Below are positions 22,401-37,400 of a stretch of DNA of 64,000 nucleotides, one piece after another. A model generated the notes under the pieces. The model was not told the origin of the DNA and did not search any database. It worked only from the letters and a program-made list of their open reading frames with translations. Made by a program: the position numbers and the translations under genes. Within the stretch, counting starts at the first letter, position 1, and every line of letters begins with the position of its first letter. Origin of the DNA: Eledone cirrhosa (lineage: Eukaryota); assembly GCA_964016885.1 (NCBI GenBank), contig OZ024744.1, forward strand, positions 136,028,001 to 136,092,000, in the 5' to 3' direction.

Positions 22401-25400
22401 TAACATGAATCCAGAGGAGAGAGAAGCTTATCTACAGAATAGAAGTGGAGATCATGATAGAAGAAATAACATGAATCCAGAGGAGAGAGAAGCTTATCTA
22501 CAGAATAGAAGTGGAGATCATGATAGAAGAAATAACATGAATCCAGAGGAGAGAGTAGCTTATCTACAGAATAGAAGTGGAGATCATGATAGAAGAAATA
22601 ACATGAATCCAGAGGAGAGAGAAGTATTTCTACAGAATAGAAGAAGTGGAGATCATGGTAGAAGAAATAACATGAATCCAGAGGAGAGAGAAGTTTATCT
22701 ACAGAATAGAAGTGGAGATCATGATAGAAGAAATAACATGAATCCAGAGGAGAGAGAAGTTTATCTACAGAATAAAAGAAGTGGAGATCATGGTAGAAGA
22801 AATAACACGAATCCAGAGGAGAGAGAGGCTTATCTACAGAATAGAAGTGGAAATCATGATAGAAGAAATAACATGAATCCAGAGGAGAGAGAAGCTTATC
22901 TACAGAATAGAAGTGGAGATCATGATAGAGGAAATAACATGAATCCAGAGGAGAGAGAAGCTTATCTACAGAATAGAAGTGGAGATCATGATAGAAGAAA
23001 TAACATGAATCCAGAGGAGAGAGTAGCTTATCTACAGAATAGAAGTGGAGATCATGATAGAAGAAATAACATGAATCCAGAGGAGAGAGAAGTATTTCTA
23101 CAGAATAGAAGAAGTGGAGATCATGGTAGAAGAAATAACATGAATCCAGAGGAGAGAGAAGTTTATCTACAGAATAGAAGTGGAGATCATGATAGAAGAA
23201 ATAACATGAATCCAGAGGAGAGAGTAGCTTATCTACAGAATAGAAGAAGTGGAGATCATGATAGAAGAAATAACATGAATCCAGAGGAGAGAGAAGCTTC
23301 TCTACAGAATAGAAGTGGAGATCATGGTAGAAGAAATAACATGAATCCAGAGGAGAGAGAAGCTTATCTACAGAATAGAAGAAGTGGAGATCATGATAGA
23401 AGAAATAACATGAATCCAGAGGAGAGAGAAGCTTCTCTACAGAATAGAAGTGGAGATCATGGTAGAAGAAATAACATGAATCCAGAGGAGAGAGAAGTTT
23501 ATCTACAGAATAGAAGAAGTGGAGATCATGATAGAAGAAATAACATGAATCCAGAGGAGAGAGAAGTTTATCTACAGAATAGAAGTGGAGATCATGATAG
23601 AAGAAATAACATGAATCCAGAGGAGAGAGAAGCTTATCTACAGAATAGAAGAAGTGGAGATCATGATAGAAGAAATAACATGAATCCAGAGGAGAGAGAA
23701 GCTTCTCTACAGAATAGAAGTGGAGATCATGGTAGAAGAAATAACATGAATCCAGAGGAGAGAGAAGTTTATCTACAGAATAGAAGTGGAGATCATGGTA
23801 GAAGAAATAACATGAATCCAGAGGAGAGAGAAGTTTATCTACAGAATAAAAGAAGTGGAGATCATGGTAGAAGAAATAACATGAATCCAGAGGAGAGAGA
23901 AGCTTATCTACAGAATAGAAGTGGAGATCATGGTAGAAGAAATAACATGAATCCAGAGGAGAGAGAAGTTTATCTACAGAATAGAAGTGGAGATCATGAT
24001 AGAAGAAATAACATGAATCCAGAGGAGAGAGAAGTTTATCTACAGAATAGAAGAAGTGGAGATCATGACAGAAGAAATAACAGGAATCCAGAGGAGAGAG
24101 AAGTTTATCTACAGAATAGAAGTGGAGATCATGGTAGAAGAAATAACATGAATCCAGAGGAGAGAGAAGTTTATCTACAGAATAAAAGAAGTGGAGATCA
24201 TGGTAGAAGAAATAACATGAATCCAGAGGAGAGAGAAGTTTATCTACAGAATAGAAGTGGAGATCATGGTAGAAGAAATAACATGAATCCAGAGGAGAGA
24301 GAAGTTTATCTACAGAATAGAAGAAGTGGAGATCATGATAGAAGAAATAACATGAATCCAGAGGAGAGAGAAGTTTATCTACAGAATAGAAGTGGAGATC
24401 ATGATAGAAGAAATAACATGAATCCAGAGGAGAGAGAAGCTTATCTACAGAATAGAAGAAGTGGAGATCATGATAGAAGAAATAACATGAATCCAGAGGA
24501 GAGAGAAGCTTCTCTACAGAATAGAAGTGGAGATCATGGTAGAAGAAATAACATGAATCCAGAGGAGAGAGAAGTTTATCTAGAGAATAGAAGTGGAGAT
24601 CATGGTAGAAGAAATAACATGAATCCAGAGGAGAGAGAAGTTTATCTACAGAATAAAAGAAGTGGAGATCATGGTAGAAGAAATAACATGAATCCAGCGG
24701 AGAGAGAAGCTTATCTACAGAATAGAAGTGGAGATCATGATAGAAGAAATAACATGAATCCAGAGGAGAGAGAAGTATTTCTACAGAATAGAAGAAGTGG
24801 AGATCATGGTAGAAGAAATAACATGAATCCAGAGGAGAGAGAAGTTTATCTACAGAATAGAAGTGGAGATCATGATAGAAGAAATAACATGAATCCAGAG
24901 GAGAGAGAAGTTTATCTACAGAATAAAAGAAGTGGAGATCATGGTAGAAGAAATAACATGAATCCAGAGGAGAGAGAGGCTTATCTACAGAATAGAAGTG
25001 GAAATCATGATAGAAGAAATAACATGAATCCAGAGGAGAGAGAAGCTTATCTACAGAATAAAAGAAGTGGAGATCATGGTAGAAGAAATAACATGAATCC
25101 AGAGGAGAGAGAAGTTTATCTACAGAATAAAAGAAGTGGAGATCATGGTAGAAGAAATAACATGAATCCAGAGGAGAGAGAGGCTTATCTACAGAATAGA
25201 AGTGGAAATCATGATAGAAGAAATAACATGAATCCAGAGGAGAGAGAAGCTTATCTACAGAATAGAAGTGGAGATCATGATAGAAGAAATAACATGAATC
25301 CAGAGGAGAGAGAAGCTTATCTACAGAATAGAAGTGGAGATCATGATAGAAGAAATAACATGAATCCAGAGGAGAGAGTAGCTTATCTACAGAATAGAAG

Positions 25401-28400
25401 TGGAGATCATGATAGAAGAAATAACATGAATCCAGAGGAGAGAGAAGTATTTCTACAGAATAGAAGAAGTGGAGATCATGGTAGAAGAAATAACATGAAT
25501 CCAGAGGAGAGAGAAGTTTATCTACAGAATAGAAGTGGAGATCATGATAGAAGAAATAACATGAATCCAGAGGAGAGAGAAGCTTCTCTACAGAATAGAA
25601 GTGGAGATCATGGTAGAAGAAATAACATGAATCCAGAGGAGAGAGAAGCTTATCTACAGAATAGAAGAAGTGGAGATCATGATAGAAGAAATAACATGAA
25701 TCCAGAGGAGAGAGAAGCTTCTCTACAGAATAGAAGTGGAGATCATGGTAGAAGAAATAACATGAATCCAGAGGAGAGAGAAGTTTATCTACAGAATAGA
25801 AGTGGAGATCATGGTAGAAGAAATAACATGAATCCAGAGGAGAGAGAAGTTTATCTACAGAATAAAAGAAGTGGAGATCATGGTAGAAGAAATAACATGA
25901 ATCCAGAGGAGAGAGAAGTTTATCTACAGAATAAAAGAAGTGGAGATCATGGTAGAAGAAATAACATGAATCCAGAGGAGAGAGAAGTTTATCTACAGAA
26001 TAGAAGAAGTGGAGATCATGATAGAAGAAATAACATGAATCCAGAGGAGAGAGAAGTTTATCTACAGAATAGAAGAAGTGGAGATCATGACAGAAGAAAT
26101 AACAGGAATCCAGAGGAGAGAGAAGTTTATCTACAGAATAGAAGTGGAGATCATGGTAGAAGAAATAACATGAATCCAGAGGAGAGAGAAGTTTATCTAC
26201 AGAATAAAAGAAGTGGAGATCATGGTAGAAGAAATAACATGAATCCAGAGGAGAGAGAAGTTTATCTACAGAATAAAAGAAGTGGAGATCATGGTAGAAG
26301 AAATAACATGAATCCAGAGGAGAGAGAAGTTTATCTACAGAATAGAAGAAGTGGAGATCATGACAGAAGAAATAACAGGAATCCAGAGAGAGAAGTTTAT
26401 CTACAGAATAGAAGTGGAGATCATGGTAGAAGAAATAACATGAATCCAGAGGAGAGAGAAGTTTATCTACAGAATAAAAGAAGTGGAGATCATGGTAGAA
26501 GAAATAACATGAATCCAGAGGAGAGAGAAGTTTATCTACAGAATAAAAGAAGTGGAGATCATGGTAGAAGAAATAACATGAATCCAGAGGAGAGAGAAGC
26601 TTATCTACAGAATAGAAGAAGTGGAGATCATGATAGAAGAAATAACATGAATCCAGAGGAGAGAGAAGTTTATCAACAGAATAGAAGAAGTGGAGATCAT
26701 GATAGAAGAAATAACATGAATCCAGAGGAGAGAGAAGTTTATCTACAGAATAGAAGTGGAGATCATGATAGAAGAAATAACATGAATCCAGAGGAGAGAG
26801 AAGGTTATCTACAGAATAGAAGAAGTGGAGATCATGATAGAAGAAATAACATGAATCCAGAGGAGAGAGAAGTTTATCTACAGAATAGAAGAAGTGGAGA
26901 TCATGATAGAAGAAATAACATGAATCCAGACGAGAGAGAAGCTTCTCTACAGAATAGAAGTGGAGATCATGGTAGAAGAAATAACATGAATCCAGAGGAG
27001 AGAGAAGTTTATCTACAGAATAGAAGTGGAGATCATGGTAGAAGAAATAACATGAATCCAGCGGAGAGAGAAGCTTATCTACAGAATAGAAGTGGAGATC
27101 ATGGTAGAAGAAATAACATGAATCCAGAGGAGAGAGAAGTTTATCTCCAGAATAAAAGAAGTGGAGATCATGGTAGAAGAAATAACATGAATCCAGCGGA
27201 GAGAGAAGCTTATCTACAGAATAGAAGTCGAGATCATGGTAGAAGAAATAACATGAATCCAGAGGAGAGAGAAGTATTTCTACAGAATAGAAGAAGTGGA
27301 GATCATGGTAGAAGAAATAACATGAATCCAGAGGAGAGAGAAGTTTATCTACAGAATAGAAGAAGTGGAGATCATGACAGAAGAAATAACAGGAATCCAG
27401 AGGAGAGAGAAGTTTATCTACAGAATAGAAGTGGAGATCATGGTAGAAGAAATAACATGAATCCAGAGGAGAGAGAAGTTTATCTACAGAATAAAAGAAG
27501 TGGAGATCATGGTAGAAGAAATAACATGAATCCAGAGGAGAGAGAAGTTTATCTACAGAATAAAAGAAGTGGAGATCATGGTAGAAGAAATAACATGAAT
27601 CCAGAGGAGAGAGAGGCTTATCTACAGAATAGAAGTGGAAATCATGATAGAAGAAATAACATGAATCCAGAGGAGAGAGAAGCTTATCTACAGAATAGAA
27701 GTGGAGATCATGATAGAAGAAATAACATGAATCCAGAGGAGAGAGAAGCTTATCTACAGAATAGAAGTGGAGATCATGATAGAAGAAATAACATGAATCC
27801 AGAGGAGAGAGTAGCTTATCTACAGAATAGAAGTGGAGATCATGATAGAAGAAATAACATGAATCCAGAGGAGAGAGAAGTATTTCTACAGAATAGAAGA
27901 AGTGGAGATCATGGTAGAAGAAATAACATGAATCCAGAGGAGAGAGAAGTTTATCTACAGAATAGAAGTGGAGATCATGATAGAAGAAATAACATGAATC
28001 CAGAGGAGAGAGAAGCTTATCTACAGAATAGAAGAAGTGGAGATCATGATAGAAGAAATAACATGAATCCAGAGGAGAGAGAAGCTTCTCTACAGAATAG
28101 AAGTGGAGATCATGGTAGAAGAAATAACATGAATCCAGAGGAGAGAGAAGCTTATCTACAGAATAGAAGAAGTGGAGATCATGATAGAAGAAATAACATG
28201 AATCCAGAGGAGAGAGAAGCTTCTCTACAGAATAGAAGTGGAGATCATGGTAGAAGAAATAACATGAATCCAGAGGAGAGAGAAGTTTATCTACAGAATA
28301 GAAGAAGTGGAGATCATGATAGAAGAAATAACATGAATCCAGAGGAGAGAGAAGCTTATCTACAGAATAGAAGAAGTGGAGATCATGATAGAAGAAATAA

Positions 28401-31400
28401 CATGAATCCAGAGGAGAGAGAAGCTTCTCTACAGAATAGAAGTGGAGATCATGGTAGAAGAAATAACATGAATCCAGAGGAGAGAGAAGTTTATCTACAG
28501 AATAGAAGTGGAGATCATGGTAGAAGAAATAACATGAATCCAGAGGAGAGAGAAGTTTATCTACAGAATAAAAGAAGTGGAGATCATGGTAGAAGAAATA
28601 ACATGAATCCAGAGGAGAGAGAAGCTTATCTACAGAATAGAAGTGGAGATCATGGTAGAAGAAATAACATGAATCCAGAGGAGAGAGAAGTTTATCTACA
28701 GAATAGAAGTGGAGATCATGATAGAAGAAATAACATGAATCCAGAGGAGAGAGAAGTTTATCTACAGAATAGAAGAAGTGGAGATCATGACAGAAGAAAT
28801 AACAGGAATCCAGAGGAGAGAGAAGTTTATCTACAGAATAGAAGTGGAGATCATGGTAGAAGAAATAACATGAATCCAGAGGAGAGAGAAGTTTATCTAC
28901 AGAATAAAAGAAGTGGAGATCATGGTAGAAGAAATAACATGAATCCAGAGGAGAGAGAAGTTTATCTACAGAATAGAAGTGGAGATCATGGTAGAAGAAA
29001 TAACATGAATCCAGAGGAGAGAGAAGTTTATCTACAGAATAGAAGAAGTGGAGATCATGATAGAAGAAATAACATGAATCCAGAGGAGAGAGAAGTTTAT
29101 CTACATAATAGAAGAAGTGGAGATCATGATAGAAGAAATAACATGAATCCAGAGGAGAGAGAAGCTTATCTACAGAATAGAAGAAGTGGAGATCATGATA
29201 GAAGAAATAACATGAATCCAGAGGAGAGAGAAGTTTATCTACAGAATAGAAGAAGTGGAGATCATGATAGAAGAAATAACATGAATCCAGAGGAGAGAGA
29301 AGTTTATCTACAGAATAGAAGTGGAGATCATGATAGAAGAAATAACATGAATCCAGAGGAGAGAGAAGCTTATCTACAGAATAGAAGAAGTGGAGATCAT
29401 GATAGAAGAAATAACATGAATCCAGAGGAGAGAGGAGTTTATCTACATAATAGAAGAAGTGGAGATCATGGTAGAAGAAATAACATGAATCCAGAGGAGA
29501 GAGAAGTATTTCTACAGAATAGAAGAAGTGGAGATCATGGTAGAAGAAATAACATGAATCCAGAGGAGAGAGAAGTTTATCTACAGAATAGAAGTGGAGA
29601 TCATGGTAAAAGAAATAACATGAATCCAGAGGAGAGAGAAGCTTATCTACAGAATAGAAGTGGAGATCATGGTAGAAGAAATAACATGAATCCAGAGGAG
29701 AGAGAAGTTTATCTACAGAATAAAAGAAGTGGAGATCATGGTAGAAGAAATAACATGAATCCAGAGGAGAGAGAAGTTTATCTACAGAATAAAAGAAGTG
29801 GAGATCATGGTAGAAGAAATAACATGAATCCAGAGGAGAGAGAAGCTTATCTACAGAATAGAAGTGGAGATCATGGTAGAAGAAATAACATGAATCCAGA
29901 GGAGAGAGAAGTTTATCTACAGAATAAAAGAAGTGGAGATCATGGTAGAAGAAATAACATGAATCCAGCGGAGAGAGAAGCTTATCTACAGAATAGAAGT
30001 GGAGATCATGGTAGAAGAAATAACATGAATCCAGAGGAGAGAGAAGTTTATCTACAGAATAGAAGAAGTGGAGATCATGACAGAAGAAATAACAGGAATC
30101 CAGAGGAGAGAGAAGTTTATCTACAGAATAGAAGTGGAGATCATGGTAGAAGAAATAACATGAATCCAGAGGAGAGAGAAGTTTATCTACAGAATAAAAG
30201 AAGTGGAGATCATGGTAGACGAAATAACATGAATCCAGAGGAGAGAGAAGTTTATCTACAGAATAAAAGAAGTGGAGATCATGGTAGAAGAAATAACATG
30301 AATCCAGAGGAGAGAGAGGCTTATCTACAGAATAGAAGTGGAAATCATGAAAGAAGAAATAACATGAATCCAGAGGAGAGAGAAGCTTATCTACAGAATA
30401 GAAGTGGAGATCATGATAGAAGAAATAACATGAATCCAGAGGAGAGAGAAGCTTATCTACAGAATAGAAGTGGAGATCATGATAGAAGAAATAACATGAA
30501 TCCAGAGGAGAGAGTAGCTTATCTACAGAATAGAAGTGGAGATCATGATAGAAGAAATAACATGAATCCAGAGGAGAGAGAAGTATTTCTACAGAATAGA
30601 AGAAGTGGAGATCATGGTAGAAGAAATAACATGAATCCAGAGGAGAGAGAAGTTTATCTACAGAATAGAAGTGGAGATCATGATAGAAGAAATAACATGA
30701 ATCCAGAGGAGAGAGAAGTTTATCTACAGAATAAAAGAAGTGGAGATCATGGTAGAAGAAATAACACGAATCCAGAGGAGAGAGAGGCTTATCTACAGAA
30801 TAGAAGTGGAAATCATGATAGAAGAAATAACATGAATCCAGAGGAGAGAGAAGCTTATCTACAGAATAGAAGTGGAGATCATGATAGAAGAAATAACATG
30901 AATCCAGAGGAGAGAGAAGCTTATCTACAGAATAGAAGTGGAGATCATGATAGAAGAAATAACATGAATCCAGAGGAGAGAGTAGCTTATCTACAGAATA
31001 GAAGTGGAGATCATGATAGAAGAAATAACATGAATCCAGAGGAGAGAGAAGTATTTCTACAGAATAGAAGAAGTGGAGATCATGGTAGAAGAAATAACAT
31101 GAATCCAGAGGAGAGAGAAGTTTATCTACAGAATAGAAGTGGAGATCATGATAGAAGAAATAACATGAATCCAGAGGAGAGAGAAGCTTATCTACAGAAT
31201 AGAAGAAGTGGAGATCATGATAGAAGAAATAACATGAATCCAGAGGAGAGAGAAGCTTCTCTACAGAATAGAAGTGGAGATCATGGTAGAAGAAATAACA
31301 TGAATCCAGAGGAGAGAGAAGCTTATCTACAGAATAGAAGAAGTGGAGATCATGATAGAAGAAATAACATGAATCCAGAGGAGAGAGAAGCTTCTCTACA

Positions 31401-34400
31401 GAATAGAAGTGGAGATCATGGTAGAAGAAATAACATGAATCCAGAGGAGAGAGAAGTTTATCTACAGAATAGAAGAAGTGGAGATCATGATAGAAGAAAT
31501 AACATGAATCCAGAGGAGAGAGAAGTTTATCTACAGAATAGAAGTGGAGATCATGATAGAAGAAATAACATGAATCCAGAGGAGAGAGAAGCTTATCTAC
31601 AGAATAGAAGAAGTGGAGATCATGATAGAAGAAATAACATGAATCCAGAGGAGAGAGAAGCTTCTCTACAGAATAGAAGTGGAGATCATGGTAGAAGAAA
31701 TAACATGAATCCAGAGGAGAGAGAAGTTTATCTACAGAATAGAAGTGGAGATCATGGTAGAAGAAATAACATGAATCCAGAGGAGAGAGAAGTTTATCTA
31801 CAGAATAAAAGAAGTGGAGATCATGGTAGAAGAAATAACATGAATCCAGAGGAGAGAGAAGCTTATCTACAGAATAGAAGTGGAGATCATGGTAGAAGAA
31901 ATAACATGAATCCAGAGGAGAGAGAAGTTTATCTACAGAATAGAAGTGGAGATCATGATAGAAGAAATAACATGAATCCAGAGGAGAGAGAAGTTTATCT
32001 ACAGAATAGAAGAAGTGGAGATCATGACAGAAGAAATAACAGGAATCCAGAGGAGAGAGAAGTTTATCTACAGAATAGAAGTGGAGATCATGGTAGAAGA
32101 AATAACATGAATCCAGAGGAGAGAGAAGTTTATCTACAGAATAAAAGAAGTGGAGATCATGGTAGAAGAAATAACATGAATCCAGAGGAGAGAGAAGTTT
32201 ATCTACAGAATAGAAGTGGAGATCATGGTAGAAGAAATAACATGAATCCAGAGGAGAGAGAAGTTTATCTACAGAATAGAAGAAGTGGAGATCATGATAG
32301 AAGAAATAACATGAATCCAGAGGAGAGAGAAGTTTATCTACAGAATAGAAGAAGTGGAGATCATGATAGAAGAAATAACATGAATCCAGAGGAGAGAGAA
32401 GTTTATCTACAGAATAGAAGTGGAGATCATGATAGAAGAAATAACATGAATCCAGAGGAGAGAGAAGCTTATCTACAGAATAGAAGAAGTGGACATCATG
32501 ATAGAAGAAATAACATGAATCCAGAGGAGAGAGAAGCTTCTCTACAGAATAGAAGTGGAGATCATGGTAGAAGAAATAACATGAATCCAGAGGAGAGAGA
32601 AGTTTATCTACAGAATAGAAGTGGAGATCATGGTAGAAGAAATAACATGAATCCAGAGGAGAGAGAAGTTTATCTACAGAATAGAAGTGGAGATCATGAT
32701 AGAAGAAATAACATGAATCCAGAGGAGAGAGAAGTATTTCTACAGAATAGAAGAAGTGGAGATCATGGTAGAAGAAATAACATGAATCCAGAGGAGAGAG
32801 AAGTTTATCTACAGAATAGAAGTGGAGATCATGATAGAAGAAATAACATGAATCCAGAGGAGAGAGAAGTTTATCTACAGAATAAAAGAAGTGGAGATCA
32901 TGGTAGAAGAAATAACATGAATCCAGAGGAGAGAGAGGCTTATCTACAGAATAGAAGTGGAAATCATGATAGAAGAAATAACATGAATCCAGAGGAGAGA
33001 GAAGCTTATCTACAGAATAAAAGAAGTGGAGATCATGGTAGAAGAAATAACATGAATCCAGAGGAGAGAGAAGTTTATCTACAGAATAAAAGAAGTGGAG
33101 ATCATGGTAGAAGAAATAACATGAATCCAGAGGAGAGAGAAGTTTATCTACAGAATAGAAGTGGAAATCATGATAGAAGAAATAACATGAATCCAGAGGA
33201 GAGAGAAGCTTATCTACAGAATAGAAGTGGAGATCATGATAGAAGAAATAACATGAATCCAGAGGAGAGAGAAGCTTATCTACAGAATAGAAGTGGAGAT
33301 CATGATAGAAGAAATAACATGAATCCAGAGGAGAGAGTAGCTTATCTACAGAATAGAAGTGGAGATCATGATAGAAGAAATAACATGAATCCAGAGGAGA
33401 GAGAAGTTTATCTACAGAATAAAAGAAGTGGAGATCATGATAGAAGAAATAACATCAATCCAGAGGAGAGAGAAGTTTATCTACAGAATAGAAGAAGTGG
33501 AGATCATGATAGAAGAAATAACATGAATCCAGAGGAGAGAGAAGCTTCTCTACAGAATAGAAGTGGAGATCATGGTAGAAGAAATAACATGAATCCAGAG
33601 GAGAGAGAAGTATTTCTACAGAATAGAAGAAGTGGAGATCATGGTAGAAGAAATAACATGAATCCAGAGGAGAGAGAAGTTTATCTACAGAATAGAAGTG
33701 GAGATCATGATAGAAGAAATAACATGAATCCAGAGGAGAGAGAAGCTTATCTACAGAATAGAAGAAGTGGAGATCATGATAGAAGAAATAACATGAATCC
33801 AGAGGAGAGAGAAGCTTCTCTACAGAATAGAAGTGGAGATCATGGTAGAAGAAATAACATGAATCCAGAGGAGAGAGAAGCTTATCTACAGAATAGAAGA
33901 AGTGGAGATCATGATAGAAGAAATAACATGAATCCAGAGGAGAGAGAAGCTTCTCTACAGAATAGAAGTGGAGATCATGGTAGAAGAAATAACATGAATC
34001 CAGAGGAGAGAGAAGTTTATCTACAGAATAGAAGAAGTGGAGATCATGATAGAAGAAATAACATGAATCCAGAGGAGAGAGAAGTTTATCTACAGAATAG
34101 AAGTGGAGATCATGATAGAAGAAATAACATGAATCCAGAGGAGAGAGAAGCTTATCTACAGAATAGAAGAAGTGGAGATCATGATAGAAGAAATAACATG
34201 AATCCAGAGGAGAGAGAAGCTTCTCTACAGAATAGAAGTGGAGATCATGGTAGAAGAAATAACATGAATCCAGAGGAGAGAGAAGTTTATCTACAGAATA
34301 GAAGTGGAGATCATGGTAGAAGAAATAACATGAATCCAGAGGAGAGAGAAGTTTATCTACAGAATAAAAGAAGTGGAGATCATGGTAGAAGAAATAACAT

Positions 34401-37400
34401 GAATCCAGAGGAGAGACAAGCTTATCTACAGAATAGAAGTGGAGATCATGGTAGAAGAAATAACATGAATCCAGAGGAGAGAGAAGTTTATCTACAGAAT
34501 AGAAGTGGAGATCATGGTAGAAGAAATAACATGAATCCAGAGGAGAGAGAAGTTTATCTACAGAATAGAAGAAGTGGAGATCATGATAGAAGAAATAACA
34601 TGAATCCAGAGGAGAGAGAAGTTTATCTACAGAATAGAAGTGGAGATCATGATAGAAGAAATAACATGAATCCAGAGGAGAGAGAAGCTTATCTACAGAA
34701 TAGAAGAAGTGGAGATCATGATAGAAGAAATAACATGAATCCAGAGGAGAGAGAAGCTTCTCTACAGAATAGAAGTGGAGATCATGGTAGAAGAAATAAC
34801 ATGAATCCAGAGGAGAGAGAAGTTTATCTACAGAATAGAAGAAGTGGAGATCATGATAGAAGAAATAACATGAATCCAGAGGAGAGAGAAGTTTATCTAC
34901 AGAATAGAAGAAGTGGAGATCATGATAGAAGAAATAACATGAATCCAGAGGAGAGAGAAGCTTATCTACAGAATAGAAGAAGTGGAGATCATGATAGAAG
35001 AAATAACATGAATCCAGAGGAGAGAGAAGTTTATCTACAGAATAGAAGAAGTGGAGATCATGATAGAAGAAATAACATGAATCCAGAGGAGAGAGAAGTT
35101 TATCTACAGAATAGAAGTGGAGATCATGATAGAAGAAATAACATGAATCCAGAGGAGAGAGAAGCTTATCTACAGAATAGAAGAAGTGGAGATCATGATA
35201 GAAGAAATAACATGAATCCAGAGGAGAGAGAAGCTTCTCTACAGAATAGAAGTGGAGATCATGGTAGAAGAAATAACATGAATCCAGAGGAGAGAGAAGT
35301 TTATCTACAGAATAGAAGTGGAGATCATGGTAGAAGAAATAACATGAATCCAGAGGAGAGAGAAGTTTATCTACAGAATAAAAGAAGTGGAGATCATGGT
35401 AGAAGAAATAACATGAATCCAGAGGAGAGAGAAGTTTATCTACAGAATAAAAGAAGTGGAGATCATAGTAGAAGAAATAACATGAATCCAGAGGAGAGAG
35501 AGGCTTATCTACAGAATAGAAGTGGAAATCATGATAGAAGAAATAACATGAATCCAGAGGAGAGAGAAGCTTATCTACAGAATAGAAGTGGAGATCATGA
35601 TAGAAGAAATAACATGAATCCAGAGGAGAGAGAAGCTTATCTACAGAATAGAAGTGGAGATCATGATAGAAGAAATAACATGAATCCAGAGGAGAGAGTA
35701 GCTTATCTACAGAATAGAAGTGGAGATCATGATAGAAGAAATAACATGAATCCAGAGGAGAGAGAAGCTTATCTACAGAATAGAAGTGGAGATCATGATA
35801 GAAGAAATAACATGAATCCAGAGGAGAGAGTAGCTTATCTACAGAATAGAAGTGGAGATCATGATAGAAGAAATAACATGAATCCAGAGGAGAGAGAAGT
35901 ATTTCTACAGAATAGAAGAAGTGGAGATCATGGTAGAAGAAATAACATGAATCCAGAGGAGAGAGAAGTTTATCTACAGAATAGAAGTGGAGATCATGAT
36001 AGAAGAAATAACATGAATCCAGAGGAGAGAGAAGTTTATCTACAGAATAAAAGAAGTGGAGATCATGGTAGAAGAAATAACATGAATCCAGAGGAGAGAG
36101 AAGTTTATCTACAGAATAGAAGAAGTGGAGATCATGATAGAAGAAATAACATGAATCCAGAGGAGAGAGAAGTTTATCTACAGAATAGAAGTGGAGATCA
36201 TGATAGAAGAAATAACATGAATCCAGAGGAGAGAGAAGCTTATCTACAGAATAGAAGAAGTGGAGATCATGATAGAAGAAATAACATGAATCCAGAGGAG
36301 AGAGAAGCTTCTCTACAGAATAGAAGTGGAGATCATGGTAGAAGAAATAACATGAATCCAGAGGAGAGAGAAGTTTATCTACAGAATAGAAGTGGAGATC
36401 ATGGTAGAAGAAATAACATGAATCCAGAGGAGAGAGAAGTTTATCTACAGAATAAAAGAAGTGGAGATCATGGTAGAAGAAATAACATGAATCCAGAGGA
36501 GAGAGAAGTTTATCTACAGAATAGAAGAAGTGGAGATCATGACAGAAGAAATAACAGGAATCCAGAGGAGAGAGAAGTTTATCTACAGAATAGAAGTGGA
36601 GATCATGGTAGAAGAAATAACATGAATCCAGAGGAGAGAGAAGTTTATCTACAGAATAAAAGAAGTGGAGATCATGGTAGAAGAAATAACATGAATCCAG
36701 AGGAGAGAGAAGTTTATCTACAGAATAAAAGAAGTGGAGATCATGGTAGAAGAAATAACATGAATCCAGAGGAGAGAGAAGCTTATCTACAGAATAGAAG
36801 AAGTGGAGATCATGATAGAAGAAATAACATGAATCCAGAGGAGAGAGAAGCTTCTCTACAGAATAGAAGTGGAGATCATGGTAGAAGAAATAACATGAAT
36901 CCAGAGGAGAGAGAAGTTTATCTACAGAATAAAAGAAGTGGAGATCATGGTAGAAGAAATAACATGAATCCAGAGGAGAGAGAAGTTTATCTACAGAATA
37001 GAAGTGGAGATCATGGTAGAAGAAATAACATGAATCCAGAGGAGAGAGAAGTTTATCTACAGAATAAAAGAAGTGGAGATCATGATAGAAGAAATAACAT
37101 GAATCCAGAGGAGAGAGAAGTTTATCTACAGAATAGAAGAAGTGGAGATCATGATAGAAGAAATAACATGAATCCAGAGGAGAGAGAAGTTTATCTACAG
37201 AATAGAAGAAGTGGAGATCATGATAGAAGAAATAACATGAATCCAGAGGAGAGAGAAGCTTATCTACAGAATAGAAGAAGTGGAGATCATGATAGAAGAA
37301 ATAACATGAATCCAGAGGAGAGAGAAGTTTATCTACAGAATAGAAGAAGTGGAGATCATGATAGAAGAAATAACATGAATCCAGAGGAGAGAGAAGTTTA